From a virus, in the IMG/VR virus record IMGVR_UViG_3300018877_000005, positions 1,523 through 65,522 of that record: a DNA stretch of 64,000 bases; one strand, given 5' to 3'. The notes below the pieces were generated by a model, which was given only the letters and a program-made list of their open reading frames with translations, had not been told where the DNA came from and did no database searches. A program made the translations under genes and the position numbers. Positions 25,851 through 37,100 of the stretch are shown here, piece by piece; position 1 is the first letter of the stretch, and each line of letters opens with the position of its first letter.

Positions 25851-27571
25851 TGAGCTTCCTCGCGAACGATCCCGAAATGCAGGCGTTACTCTCCGTCCCT
25901 GGAGAGGCAACGGAGCCCGTGCGTGTCGAAGTTCTCCCGGCTCGCACGGGCAACGATTCCATGATCGCGGGCGGTGCCTATGACAGCGCGTCCAAGATCG
26001 ACCGGGAGCTTGCCCTGTGGCAACCCCCGATCAATTCGGCGGACGGCGACATCCTTCCCGTGAAGGAAACCCTCGACGCCCGCACTCGCGACCGCTTGCG
26101 TAACGATGCTTACGTGGCGGGCGGCTCGAACATCCACAAGGACTCCATCGTGGGGTCGATGTTCGTCCTCAACGCCAAGCCGGAATGGCGGGTCCTCGGA
26201 CTCGATCAGACTTGGGCGGAGGAGTTTCAGGTTGAGGTAGAGGCCAAGTTCACGCTTTGGGCCGAGAGCCTCAACGCTTGGCCGGATGCCGCCCGCCGCA
26301 ACACGCTCACCGAGATCGTCCGACTCGCCGTCGGCATCTATCTATCGTCCGGTGAGTTCCTCGCGTCCGTCGAATGGCTGCGGGAAGCGGATCGTCACTT
26401 CAACACCGCGATTCAGGTGATCGACCTCGACCGGCTCTCAACCCCGCCGACCAAGGTCGAGAACCGCCTCCTGCGCGGCGGCGTCGAGATGAACGCCCAC
26501 GGTGCGGCCACGGGCTATTACGTGCGCAAGTCGCACCCGAACGACTATGACGTGTTCAGCAAGCCCGAGGCGTATGAGTGGAAATACGTACCTGCCCGCA
26601 AGCCGTGGGGCCGGTTGCAGATGATCCATATCTTCGAGCAAATGCGGGCCGATCAGACACGCGGCATCTCGGAGATGGTTGCGGCCCTCAAAGAGATCAA
26701 GATGACGAAGAACTTCCGAAGCATCATGCTTCAGAACGCCGTCGTCAACGCGACCTATGCCGCCAGCATCGAGTCTGAGCTTCCGACCGAAGCCGTCTAT
26801 CAGGCTCTCGGCGGCGGCAACGTCAGCGCCGATCAGGTGGCGCAGACCATCGCGGCCTTCACGGGCGGTTATCTCGACTCGATCTCGGCCTACACGGGCG
26901 CTCGCGGCCACCGCATCGACGGGGTGAAGGTGCCGCACCTCTTCCCCGGCACCAAGCTCCAGCTTCGTCCAGCAGGGCAGGGCGGCCCACTCGGAACCGA
27001 GTTCGAGGCGTCCCTCCTGCGCTACCTCGCGGCCAATCTCGGCGTCTCCTATGAGGAGCTTGCCAAGGACTTTTCCAAGACGAACTACTCGTCGGCCAAG
27101 GCCGCCATGGCGCAGACCGAACGCTTCATGGCCTCGCGCAAAAAGATCGTCGCGGATCGTCTCGCCTCGATCATCTACATGCTGTGGCTCGAAGAGGCGA
27201 TCTCCAAGGGCGAGATCACCTCCATGTCGAAGAAGGCCCCGAACTTTTGGGAGGGTTTGAACCGCGAAGCCTACAGCGCGTGCGAGTGGATCGGTGCCTC
27301 GAAGGGGCAGATCGATGAACTCAAAGAAACGCAGGCCGCCGTGCTGCGTCTCAAGTACGGCCTCTCGACCCGCGAGTCTGAGCTTATGCGGCTCGGCAAG
27401 GATTGGCGCAGGGTCTTCGCGCAGTTGGAGCGCGAGAAGAAAGAGGCTGACCGCCTCGGCCTCGTGTTCACTGAGGACGACAACATGATGAACGCCGCAA
27501 CCGGCGCTCCTCGCGAAAAGGAAGCGAAGGGCGAGAAGGATGACGGCTCGGAGGACAACACCGATGCTTAA
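25850..27571 (+). CDS. Portal protein, lambda family
   Basis: HIFEQMRADQTRG, LGVSYEEL..DFSKTNYSSAKAA. Confidence 0.93.
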   Translation: MSFLANDPEMQALLSVPGEATEPVRVEVLPARTGNDSMIAGGAYDSASKIDRELALWQPPINSADGDILPVKETLDARTRDRLRNDAYVAGGSNIHKDSIVGSMFVLNAKPEWRVLGLDQTWAEEFQVEVEAKFTLWAESLNAWPDAARRNTLTEIVRLAVGIYLSSGEFLASVEWLREADRHFNTAIQVIDLDRLSTPPTKVENRLLRGGVEMNAHGAATGYYVRKSHPNDYDVFSKPEAYEWKYVPARKPWGRLQMIHIFEQMRADQTRGISEMVAALKEIKMTKNFRSIMLQNAVVNATYAASIESELPTEAVYQALGGGNVSADQVAQTIAAFTGGYLDSISAYTGARGHRIDGVKVPHLFPGTKLQLRPAGQGGPLGTEFEASLLRYLAANLGVSYEELAKDFSKTNYSSAKAAMAQTERFMASRKKIVADRLASIIYMLWLEEAISKGEITSMSKKAPNFWEGLNREAYSACEWIGASKGQIDELKETQAAVLRLKYGLSTRESELMRLGKDWRRVFAQLEREKKEADRLGLVFTEDDNMMNAATGAPREKEAKGEKDDGSEDNTDA

Positions 27572-28916
27572 CACGCTCCTGGCCCTGTTTACCTCGGCCC
27601 CGTGCCTCGTCGCCCCTGAGATGCAGATTCAGTTCGAGGCGTGCGTCAAGGGTATGGCCGCGCACGAGAAAACCGCCGAACTCATGAACGCCCCCATGAT
27701 GGCGGCGGGTGACAACTTCTGGCCCGATCAAAACGATTGGCGCTCGCAGCTTCGCCCGTACAACGTGAAGGACGGGGTTCTCTACATCCCCGTGCGCGGC
27801 GTGCTCATGCACGATTTCCCGTGGCAGTTCTATTCCTACGCGACCGGCTACGCCTACATCGAGAAGGCGATCCAACGCGGCCAAGAGGATAGCAACGTCA
27901 AGGGGATCGCGCTTGTGATCCACTCGCCGGGCGGCATGGTGTCCGGCTGCTTCGATCTCGTGGAGCGCATCGAGAAGATCGAGAACCGCAAGCCCATCCG
28001 CGCCTTCGCGCATGAGTACGCGGCGTCCGCAGCCTACGCGATTGCCGCCGTGGCCGATCATATCGCCATATCCCGCACGGGCATGGTGGGCTCCATCGGC
28101 GTCGTCACCTCGCACACGGACATCAGTGAGGCGATGGACAAGGCCGGTGTGAAGATCACGTTCGTCCATGCGGGCAAGTACAAGGTCGCGGGCAATCCTT
28201 ACGAGAAGCTCGACGCCGACACCAAGGCGCGGATGCAGGCCCGCGTCGACTCGCACTATGAGATTTTCGTGTCCTCCGTGGCACGGAATAGGGGGATGGA
28301 TGAGAAGGCCGTTCGGGAGACCGAAGCCCTCATCTTCACCGCCAAGGAAGCCGTAGCTAACGGACTGGCCGACTCCATCGGCCCGCTCGATGACGCGGTA
28401 GCGGCGTTCGCATCCGAACTATCTGCAAACGACACAGGAGATGAGCAGATGAAGACGTTTACTCAGGAACAGCTTGACGCCGCCGTCGCCTCGGCGCGGA
28501 CGGAAGGTCATGCCGCCGGCAAGGCCGACGGCGTGAAGGAGGGGGCCACGGGCGAGCGTGCTCGCATCAACGCCATCCTCGAATCCGACGAGGCCAAGGA
28601 TCGCCCCGCCGCCGCGATGGCTGCGGCCCTCTCGACCGACATGAGCGTTGAGGCCACCGCCTCGTTCCTCGCCAAGCTGCCGAAGGAAACGCCGGCTGCG
28701 ACGGTGCAGGGGTCCAAGCAGGACGACAAGGCCACCACGCAGGGCGACAACGGCAACCGCCAGAAGTTCGACTCCGCCATGGAACAGTCTGACAACCCGA
28801 ACCTCGGCGCGTCGGACGGTAGCCGACGCCAGGACGCGGACGAGGATTCCGCCGATAGCGTGCTCGCCCTCGCGGGTGGTGCGGCTCTACCCGGCCTTCG
28901 TCGCAAGAGCGCCTAA
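27564..28916 (+). CDS. S49-family prohead protease with C-terminal scaffold
   Basis: IHSPGGMVSG, AASAAYAIA, VGSIGV, HAGKYK; Ala-rich C-terminus. Confidence 0.9.
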   Translation: MLNTLLALFTSAPCLVAPEMQIQFEACVKGMAAHEKTAELMNAPMMAAGDNFWPDQNDWRSQLRPYNVKDGVLYIPVRGVLMHDFPWQFYSYATGYAYIEKAIQRGQEDSNVKGIALVIHSPGGMVSGCFDLVERIEKIENRKPIRAFAHEYAASAAYAIAAVADHIAISRTGMVGSIGVVTSHTDISEAMDKAGVKITFVHAGKYKVAGNPYEKLDADTKARMQARVDSHYEIFVSSVARNRGMDEKAVRETEALIFTAKEAVANGLADSIGPLDDAVAAFASELSANDTGDEQMKTFTQEQLDAAVASARTEGHAAGKADGVKEGATGERARINAILESDEAKDRPAAAMAAALSTDMSVEATASFLAKLPKETPAATVQGSKQDDKATTQGDNGNRQKFDSAMEQSDNPNLGASDGSRRQDADEDSADSVLALAGGAALPGLRRKSA

Positions 28917-28969
28917 CCGCGCTCTCCCCATCCCTCCCGCAACTAGCCAACATCAACGGAGTTTGAAAC

Positions 28970-29383
28970 ATGGCTACTTACGCTTCTCCCTACATGGACG
29001 TTGGCGTTGCCGCCTTCGAGGAACTCGACACCTACGTCCAGAGCTACCTCATCTCGGGGTCGCATCCGGTTCTCGCCGCCGCGATCTCGCAGAAGGTCAA
29101 GACCGGCGTCACCCTGAAGAAGTTTCAGGTGGTCGGCTACGATGAGAACAACCTCCTCGTGCCTGCCGTGAAGGGCACCGTCCAGGCGGCGGGCATCGTC
29201 ACCGAGGCCATCGTCGGCACGGGCGAGCCCGGCAACGAGACGAAGATTCCGACGTGGTATTCCGGCTGCTTCGAGCCGTCCGCGCTTGCGTGGGACGAGT
29301 CGTATGCGACGGACGAGGACAAGGCGACCGCCTTCGTCGGCGCTCCGACCCCGACCACGATTGCCATCCGCAAGCGTCTCTAA
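28970..29383 (+). CDS. Head decoration protein, gpD-like
   Basis: Position and size between protease and capsid genes. Confidence 0.75.
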   Translation: MATYASPYMDVGVAAFEELDTYVQSYLISGSHPVLAAAISQKVKTGVTLKKFQVVGYDENNLLVPAVKGTVQAAGIVTEAIVGTGEPGNETKIPTWYSGCFEPSALAWDESYATDEDKATAFVGAPTPTTIAIRKRL

Positions 29384-29445
29384 ACACCCCTCTCGCAGCA
29401 ACAGCTATCGGCACCGCCAGAAGCTAAATTCAGGGAAAGACGAAA

Positions 29446-30537
29446 ATGTCTCAGCCTTACAATGTGTGGAACACCCGCAAGTCGCTCGGCGTCATGCGGG
29501 ACGTGGAGCCCGCCTTCACGTATTGGTCGCAGATCGGGTTCTCCCGTTCGATGACCTCGACGGACGAATGGATCGACTTCGAGAAGCTGCCGCGTGTCGG
29601 TCGTGCCCTCGCTCCGTTCGTGCGCCCGCTCGCGCCCGGTAAGGCGGTCTACACGGACAGCGCGACCGGCTTCCGCTTCAAGCCCGCCTATATCAAGCTC
29701 AAGGACGTGATCGACCCGCTCATGCCGCTCGTGAAGCGGGCCGGCATCGACCGCTCGATGATCGCGGAGTCTGAGCTTTCCGCCGAACAGCGCCGTGATC
29801 TCATCCGTGTCGCCATGACCGTCGCCCACGTCAACGCCATCGAGCGCCGTTGGGAATGGATGGCCTCGAAGGCGATCATCGACGCCAAGTACGTCGTGAA
29901 GGGTGAGGACTATCCCGAAGTGCTCGTGGACTTCCGCCGCGATCCGAACCATACCGTCGTGCTCACCTCGGGCAACCGTTGGGGCGACTCGGGCGTGTCC
30001 ATCTTCGACTTCATTCAGCACTCGTGCGACACGATGTTCAACTCGCCGTTCGGCGGCTTCCCGACCCGCATGACCATCGGTTCCGACGTGTGGAAGGTCA
30101 TGCGAAAAGACAAGGAAGTCATGGAACACATGGATACCAACATCCGCAACCCGCGTGCGACCGTCGAGCGCGGCCTCATCTCCGCCGACAAGGTGGTCAA
30201 GGTGGGCGAGCTTTCGGTCGGCGGACAGTCGGGCGCGGTCATTGAGGTGTTCCTCTACCGTGATACCTTCCTTGACGATGAGACCGGCGTCGAGAAGCCG
30301 TTCTTGGAGGCGAGTGATATGGTCCTGACGTGCTCGGATGAGCGCATCATGGGCTACCGCTGCTTCGGGGCGATCATCGATCCCTATGCGAAGTATCAGG
30401 CGCTCGAAATCTTCCCGCGCAACTGGATGGAACAGGGCGACCCGGCGAACGAGTACCTCCTCCACCAATCGGCCCCGCTCTACGTGCCGATCAATCCGAA
30501 CGCCACCTTCAAGGCAACGGTGGTCGCGCCCAACTGA
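29446..30537 (+). CDS. Major capsid protein, lambda gpE family
   Basis: RALAPFVRPLAPG, FKPAYIKLKD, LHQSAPLYVP. Confidence 0.9.
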   Translation: MSQPYNVWNTRKSLGVMRDVEPAFTYWSQIGFSRSMTSTDEWIDFEKLPRVGRALAPFVRPLAPGKAVYTDSATGFRFKPAYIKLKDVIDPLMPLVKRAGIDRSMIAESELSAEQRRDLIRVAMTVAHVNAIERRWEWMASKAIIDAKYVVKGEDYPEVLVDFRRDPNHTVVLTSGNRWGDSGVSIFDFIQHSCDTMFNSPFGGFPTRMTIGSDVWKVMRKDKEVMEHMDTNIRNPRATVERGLISADKVVKVGELSVGGQSGAVIEVFLYRDTFLDDETGVEKPFLEASDMVLTCSDERIMGYRCFGAIIDPYAKYQALEIFPRNWMEQGDPANEYLLHQSAPLYVPINPNATFKATVVAPN

Positions 30538-30550
30538 GGCGAATGATACC

Positions 30551-30576
30551 GACGGCGGAGCTTTGGCCCCGCCGTC
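30551..30576 (+). terminator. Hairpin after the capsid gene
   Basis: gacggcggag...cccgccgtc followed by catttt. Confidence 0.5.
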
Positions 30577-30612
30577 ACCATTTTCGTGACATCAACATGA
30601 AAGGTTGAAACG

Positions 30613-30933
30613 ATGTCGAAACTTCTGGCCGCTCTCTCCTCCATCCTCTACGTCGCGCTCCATGTGGTTCACTACACGGACGATGCCGGCAAGCGCAGGG
30701 TCGCAAAGCCCGGTGACGCCTTCTATCCGCCCGAGTCCGAGGTGGCCTTCCTGAATCGGGCCGGTGCCGTCCGCAAGGCGACCGAGGCCGAGATCGCGCT
30801 CTATGAGAAACAGAACGGCGGTAAGGCCAAGGCCGCAGGCTCGCGCTCGAAGAAGGGCTCCGGTGCCGAGGGCGGAGGCGGCGAAAGCGGCGATGCCTCT
30901 GGCGGCGACGGCTCGAACGAGAGTCTCGTCTGA
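30613..30933 (+). CDS. Hypothetical head-associated/packaging accessory protein
   Basis: Position after the capsid gene. Confidence 0.6.
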   Translation: MSKLLAALSSILYVALHVVHYTDDAGKRRVAKPGDAFYPPESEVAFLNRAGAVRKATEAEIALYEKQNGGKAKAAGSRSKKGSGAEGGGGESGDASGGDGSNESLV

Positions 30934-30935
30934 CC

Positions 30936-31337
30936 ATGGGCGGCAAGTTCCACGAGCAATTGAACCGTGGACGCCGGGTGTTGCATGACTACATGCAGCG
31001 CCCGGCGCTTTGCTTCGACCATCCACGTCAGGACGATGACGCCGGAAAGCGCATCTCGGTTCGTGTCCACGATCACTACTTGCGCTTGGGCGATCTGAAG
31101 GGGACCAACTTCAACTATGCGGAGGTGGAGGAGGACGTGCCGACGATCATCTTCATGCGCGACGAACTGGCGGCGAAGGGGATCACGTTGAAGCGCAACA
31201 TGATCGTGAGCGTGGAGCCGGGCCTCGCGTACCGGATCGCCACTATCAAGCCGCCGAACGGCATCACCATTACATCGACCGTCGCTCGCCTCGATGAGAC
31301 TGACGCGGCGGGTCTGCCGGTGCCCGCGAATGTCTAG
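30936..31337 (+). CDS. Head-tail joining protein (FII-like position)
   Basis: Synteny; beta-rich. Confidence 0.6.
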   Translation: MGGKFHEQLNRGRRVLHDYMQRPALCFDHPRQDDDAGKRISVRVHDHYLRLGDLKGTNFNYAEVEEDVPTIIFMRDELAAKGITLKRNMIVSVEPGLAYRIATIKPPNGITITSTVARLDETDAAGLPVPANV

Positions 31338-31941
31338 CGTCTACGTCTTTGCCATCGAAGGGCTTGGGGACCTCGGCAATCTGGAGGACCTCAAGCCCGA
31401 AATCGTGAGAGCCGCGTACCGGGCGATCAACGCCGCATCGGATCGCGCCCGCGTGCTTTCGTCCAAGGAAATTCGCAAGCAGGTCAATTTCCCCGCCGCG
31501 TATTTGCAGGGGGAAAAGAGCCGCTTGAAGGTGACGCAGCGTGCCTCGGCCAACCGCCTAGAGGGCATCATCACCGGACGCCAGCGCCCAACCTCGCTTG
31601 CCCGCTTCGCCTCGGGGAATCTGAAGGGCGGAGAGCGCGGCAACATCCGCGTGCAAGTCAAGCCCGGTAAATCGGAAAACCTCGCTCGCGCCTTCATGAT
31701 GAAGCTGAAGGCCGGCACAGGTGCCATCGACACCGCGCACAACCTCGGCCTCGCCATCCGCGTCCCCAAAGGGACCAAGCCTGACAAAGCCTACAAGCCA
31801 ATGAAGGTCGCGGACGGCATCTATCTCCTCTACGGCCCGTCGGTCGATCAGGTGTTCAAGAAAGTGCGCGAGGACGTGACGCCGGAAGTCAGCGACTACC
31901 TCGCGAAAGAGTTCAACCGCCTATTGGAAGTGAAGCTATGA
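31330..31941 (+). CDS. Tail completion / minor tail protein Z-like
   Basis: Basic, RAINAASDRAR, LYGPSVDQVF; synteny. Confidence 0.65.
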   Translation: MSSVYVFAIEGLGDLGNLEDLKPEIVRAAYRAINAASDRARVLSSKEIRKQVNFPAAYLQGEKSRLKVTQRASANRLEGIITGRQRPTSLARFASGNLKGGERGNIRVQVKPGKSENLARAFMMKLKAGTGAIDTAHNLGLAIRVPKGTKPDKAYKPMKVADGIYLLYGPSVDQVFKKVREDVTPEVSDYLAKEFNRLLEVKL

Positions 31942-32453
31942 CGAAACTGAGTGACCTCGATCCCGACCGGATTCCGTTCCGGCTGCGCGTCCTGCGCAAT
32001 CTGACGGACGCCCTTGAGACGATCACCCCGGCCAACGGCTACACCTTCGATCTGACCGGGCGTGTGCATCGCGGAATCCTTGTGTTCGGAGAGGACACGA
32101 AACCGCCCATGGTGACGATCCTCGAAGCTCCGATCCCGGCAGACGTGTTGCAGAGCGGCGGGCCGAACCCGAACTCGACCGGGCCTTGGGAGGTTCTCGT
32201 GCAGGGTTTCGTCAAGGACGATCCCGATCACCCGTCCGACATGGCGCACATTCTCATGGCAGAGGTGAAGGCGGCCCTCGTCAAAGAGAAGCGCCGGGAG
32301 CGCGGGCGCGACATCCTCGGTATGAGGGGGCGCGTGACGGAGATGTATCTCGGCCAGGGCTCGGTTCGGCCCGAGGACGGCACCTCGACCACGTTCTTTT
32401 GGCTCACGCTGACGCTGCGCCTCGTAGAGAACCTTGAGGACCCGTATTTCTAG
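31938..32453 (+). CDS. Tail terminator protein (gpU-like position)
   Basis: LETITPANGYTFDL; synteny. Confidence 0.65.
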   Translation: MTKLSDLDPDRIPFRLRVLRNLTDALETITPANGYTFDLTGRVHRGILVFGEDTKPPMVTILEAPIPADVLQSGGPNPNSTGPWEVLVQGFVKDDPDHPSDMAHILMAEVKAALVKEKRRERGRDILGMRGRVTEMYLGQGSVRPEDGTSTTFFWLTLTLRLVENLEDPYF

Positions 32454-32533
32454 CACTGGAAATCGTGTCAACCCCGTGTTAGATGGTCACTATAGAGTTG
32501 ACACTTCACTCTAAAGCCAACAGGAGAAAACCC

Positions 32534-33346
32534 ATGGCGGAACCGCAGAACTACACCCTTGGTCGTGGCGAATTACACTTCGCCCGCTTCAAGCCGGGCA
32601 CCAGGATTCCCGGTGGTGAGCGTTACATCGGCAACTCGCCCGAGTTCAATGCCACCATCGAGACCGAGTCGCTCGATCACTACAACTCGGATCGCGGCAT
32701 CCGCGAGAAGGACGAGTCGATCACGCTCCAGGCCAACCGGACGGGCTCGTTCATCACCGACAACGTGAACCCGGCCAACATCGCTCTGTTCTTCCTCGGC
32801 TCCTCCTCGATCATCACCGCGACCGCACAGGAGGTGACGGACGAACAGATCGCGGACATCGAGCCGGGTCTGACCTACCAGCTTGGACTCACGGCCACCA
32901 ATCCGGTCGGCGTGCGCGGTCTCGAACCCCACACCACAGGGGCAACCCCGGCGAACATCATCGTCAAGAACGCCTCGGGCGACACCTTCACCGAGGGGCT
33001 CGACGGGGACTACCTCATCGACATGGAGCTTGGTCGCCTGACGATCAATCCCGAGGGCGACATCCCGGCGGGCTCCGCGATCCTCGTGAGCTACAAGGTG
33101 GGTGCCGGCAGCTTCGAGCGCGTGATCTCGGGCAATCAGCCGGTCGAGGGTGCTCTGCGCTACATCTCCTACAACCCGGCAGGTAAGCAGTTCGATTGGT
33201 ACATGCCGTGGGTGAAGCTCGCCCCGAACGGCGACTATGCCCTGAAGGGTGACGAGTGGCAGCAAATCCCCTTCACCGTCGAAATCCTGAAGCTCGCGGG
33301 CAAGGAAGCGATCTACATCGACGGTCGCCCCATGGCCGCCGCCTAA
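32534..33346 (+). CDS. Major tail tube protein
   Basis: NYTLGRGELHF..RYIGNSPEF; synteny. Confidence 0.8.
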   Translation: MAEPQNYTLGRGELHFARFKPGTRIPGGERYIGNSPEFNATIETESLDHYNSDRGIREKDESITLQANRTGSFITDNVNPANIALFFLGSSSIITATAQEVTDEQIADIEPGLTYQLGLTATNPVGVRGLEPHTTGATPANIIVKNASGDTFTEGLDGDYLIDMELGRLTINPEGDIPAGSAILVSYKVGAGSFERVISGNQPVEGALRYISYNPAGKQFDWYMPWVKLAPNGDYALKGDEWQQIPFTVEILKLAGKEAIYIDGRPMAAA

Positions 33347-33377
33347 GCGATCAACAGCCATTAGCAGGAGAACCTAA

Positions 33378-33845
33378 GTGGCATTGAAAGACTACCGGAT
33401 TCCCGAAAGGGTAATCGAACTCTCGGACGGCGTGACCTTCGCCGTCCGAGGGCTTTCGCTCCCGCAGGTCACGCATATCCTCACCAAGTACGGTGAGCAG
33501 GTGCGCAATCTGTTCGTCAAGTATCAGGCCAACGTCGAGGCGAGCAATCTCTCGCTCACGGACATGGAAGCCATCGGCAACACGGTCCTGCTAACCTCTC
33601 CCGATCTGGCGGCGGAGATCATCGCCGTCGCGGCGGGGGAAGAGGATGCCATCGACGTGATTAAGGCCCTCCCGTTCCCGGCTCAAATTGCGGCTCTCGA
33701 AGCCGTGGCGGACCTCACATTTGATTCGGCAGGTGGGCCAAAAAAGTTGTGGGAGACCGTCATTCGAGTGTTCACGGGGATCGGGAGCTTCATCGCGGAC
33801 CTGCGTCAATCGAAGAGTGGCTCGCTTCAATCCGGCGTCAGGTAA
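33378..33845 (+). CDS. Tail assembly chaperone G
   Basis: Between tube and tape measure; contains slippery site. Confidence 0.75.
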   Translation: MALKDYRIPERVIELSDGVTFAVRGLSLPQVTHILTKYGEQVRNLFVKYQANVEASNLSLTDMEAIGNTVLLTSPDLAAEIIAVAAGEEDAIDVIKALPFPAQIAALEAVADLTFDSAGGPKKLWETVIRVFTGIGSFIADLRQSKSGSLQSGVR

Positions 33846-34048
33846 GCCTTCTCCTGGCGCACGGGCATAAGGACGCCCAAAGCTATCCCGTCGGGATGGT
33901 GTATGCCGAGGCCGGGTGGGTGGCGCAGAACATCAACCAGCAAGAGGCAAGTCGGGCGGTCCTTCTGCAATTGGCGGTCTCGTCCATCCTCTCGAAGAAG
34001 GCCGGAAAAAACTTCGAGAAAACAATCAAGAACCTGACGGGCGGCTAG
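33740..34048 (+). CDS. Tail assembly chaperone GT extension via programmed -1 frameshift at A AAA AAG (33740-33746)
   Basis: In-frame slippery heptamer and an open -1 frame to 34048. Confidence 0.8.
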   Translation, partial: KKVVGDRHSSVHGDRELHRGPASIEEWLASIRRQVSLLLAHGHKDAQSYPVGMVYAEAGWVAQNINQQEASRAVLLQLAVSSILSKKAGKNFEKTIKNLTGG

Positions 34049-34111
34049 TCTGCCCGTCAACTTTATGGTAAGCCGTCACCTTAATGTTGAAATTCAAGGG
34101 ACGCGCTCTCA

Positions 34112-37100
34112 ATGGCTGACAAGGATGTCAAGCTCGTAATCCGAGCCCGTAACGAAGCCTCCAAGGCGATTGACTCGGTAGCCGAGGCGCTCAAAGACCT
34201 CACCAAAGCACAAAAGCAGACCGCCGACACGGCGGACAAAACCTCCGATCTCATCGGGGACTTAGGCTCCGCCTTCGACACTCTGAAGAAGGAAGCGCAG
34301 GGCCTCGAAGTGCTCAGTAAGGTGGCCGGCGCTATCGGTAAGATCGAGGCGGCGGTTTCGACCCTTGAGGACGACGTGAAGAAGTCCTCCGCCGCCCTCG
34401 AAGCGCACAAGCAGGAACTCGCAGAGGCGACCGCCGCGACGGCCAAATACGAAGCCGAGGCGAAGAAGGTCGCCGCCGCCCTCGACGCCGAGAAGGCCGC
34501 CACCAAGGCGTTGCGGACGGAGCGCACGACGGCCAATCGGGAACTGACAAAGGCGCAGGCCGCTTACGACAAGCTGAACGAGGCTCTGCAAAAGAAGCCT
34601 GCCGGTGCGGCGGGAAAATCGGCCCTCGCGTTCCTGGCGGGCGACGTGGACAATGCCAAGAGCAAACTCGCGGAAGTCGAGAAGGCGCTCGACTCGCAGG
34701 TCCGCAAGCAGAACAGCCTCAAGAAAACCCTCTCCAGCGTCAACGCCGAGGTGCGCTCCTCGCAGACCGCGCAAGCCAAGCTGGCCGACCAGATCGAGCG
34801 GGCCGGTGCGGCGGCGAAGAAGAGTGAGGCCAACCTCGCAGACGGGAGGAAGCACCTCACCGAGATCAAGGCCGCCGCCACGCAAGCGGCAACTGCCCTC
34901 GGAGGCGTCACGGTCTCGCAAGAGGCTCTTGAGGCGGCGTCCAAGCAGACGGCGGAAGCGATCAGCCGGGCGCAGGCCGAACTTGCGGCGATGCAGCGGT
35001 TCTCGGACGGGCAGGGGGGATTCACCGACCCCAAGACCGCCGCAGCCCTGCGTCAGCAGACCGCCGCCGTGACCGAGGCTCGCCAGAATTGGGAATTGCT
35101 GGAGGCCCGTGTCACGCTCTTGGCCGAGGCCATGCGCAAGGCTGCGGCTCCGACCGAACAGATGTCGCGGGAGCTTCAGCAAGCCAGGACCGCCGCAGCC
35201 GCCGCCCGCAAAGAGTTCGAGGCGCAGACCGCAGCCCTCAATAAGATGCCCGGCGCGGCACAGAACGCCGGTCGCGGAATGCGCGGCATCTTCTCGCCCA
35301 TCTACGGCGAGTCCCGCCAAGCCATGTCCATGCTTCAGCGTGTGCGCGGTGAAGTCCTGGCCCTCACCACGGCCTATCTCGGCCTCTATGGCACGATTGA
35401 GAGCTTCCGTGGCGTCCTCAAGACCTATCAGGCCATGGAGGCGGCGCAGAGCCGCTTGGGCGTCGTGTTCCAGCAGAACGGGACGCTCATCCGTGCTGAA
35501 ATCGATTGGATCGAGCGTCAGGCCTCCCGCCTCGGCATCACCTTCACCACGCTCTCGGATTCCTACGGCAAGTTCGCGGTCGCGGCGTCGAAGTCGAACT
35601 TCTCGGCTCAGGCGACCCGTGACGTGTTCCTCGCGGTGGCCGAGGCCGGGCGCGTCAACAAGCTCTCCATGGACGACATGCGCGGCGTCTTTGTGGCGCT
35701 TGAGCAAATGATCTCGAAGGGTAAGGTCAGCGCCGAAGAGTTGCGTCAGCAAATGGGTGAGCGTCTGCCGGGCGCATTCGCCCTCATGGCGCGAGCCCTC
35801 GGCAAGACGACCGCCGAACTCGATAAGATGCTGGAGCTTGGCGAGGTGTTCTCGAACGAGGCGACCATGCTCGCCTTCGCCCGCCAACTGAACAAAGAGT
35901 TCGGCTCGCAGCTTGCTAGGTCCCTCAGTTCGACCACGACCCTCATGGGCCGGTTCGGCTATGAGCTTGAGCAAGCGCAAATGCGCGTGGCGAACGGCGG
36001 TTTCATCGACGGGTTCAATGAACTCCTCGAAGAGATGAACAAGTGGTTCCAATCCAGGGAAGGACGAGACTTCTTCCTTGAGCTTGGGGCCGTGGCCGGC
36101 AATTTCGCGAAGGCCCTGGCGCTCATCCCGCCGAACATCGACGCAATCACCTTCGGCGTCAAAGCCTTCATCGCGGTCAAGCTCGCGCAGGTCCTCCAGG
36201 GCGTCATTGCGAACCTCGCCAAGACGCGGGTCGAAGCCTCCGCAACCGTCGCCCAATTCAACCAAGCGACCGGAGCCACGAACGCCCTCGGGGCGGCTCA
36301 GACGACTCTCGGCGCTCGCATCTCGGCGGCAAGTAGCTCCCTCGCAGCCCTGCGCTTCGCCCTCGTCAACACCGCCTCCACCATGACTCTCGCGCAAGCC
36401 CGCACCCTCGGCTTGAACGCGGGCCTCCTGGCCTTCCGTACCGCCGCGAATGCTGCCGCAACGGCAGCGCGGATGCTCTACATGGCTGTTGGCGGGTGGG
36501 CCGGCATTCTCCTCACGGCGGGCTCATTCCTGGCGACAAGCCTCCTCACGGATTGGGTTTCCGGCGTCGATGAAGCGACGACCGCCATGGATGAGCACAA
36601 GCGCATCATGGGCGAGGTGATCGGAGCCTACGAGCGCGTCGGCAAGCTCACGAAGGATTGGGCGAAGGAAATCAAGAACGTCACCGAGGTTGACGCCGCC
36701 CGCAACTTCGCCAAGCGATTTGAAACCTACGAAAAGTCCATGAAGGACTTGAAGAAGGCTATCATCGACGTGGCCGAGCCGATGGGTGAGCGGTGGACCT
36801 TCGGCCTTCTCCGCAGCGATGCGAAGAAGAAGATCGATGACCTGCTTGCTTCGTTCGACGGGGGCAAGCTCGAAGACTTCCGTAAGAAGCTCCTCGACCT
36901 CCACGGCGAGATCGAGGATTTCGAGGCGCAGAAGCTCATCCAGGCGCTTGACGAGGTGATCGTCAAGGCCATGCAGGAAGAACGCGCCTTGGGAGAGGCG
37001 GCCCTCGCGGCACAGGCCAAGGGCGTCAAGAACGAGTTGCTCGCCAAGGTCCTGAAGCTGACCGGCGCGACCATGGAGTCCGTCTCGCAGGCGGCAGAGG

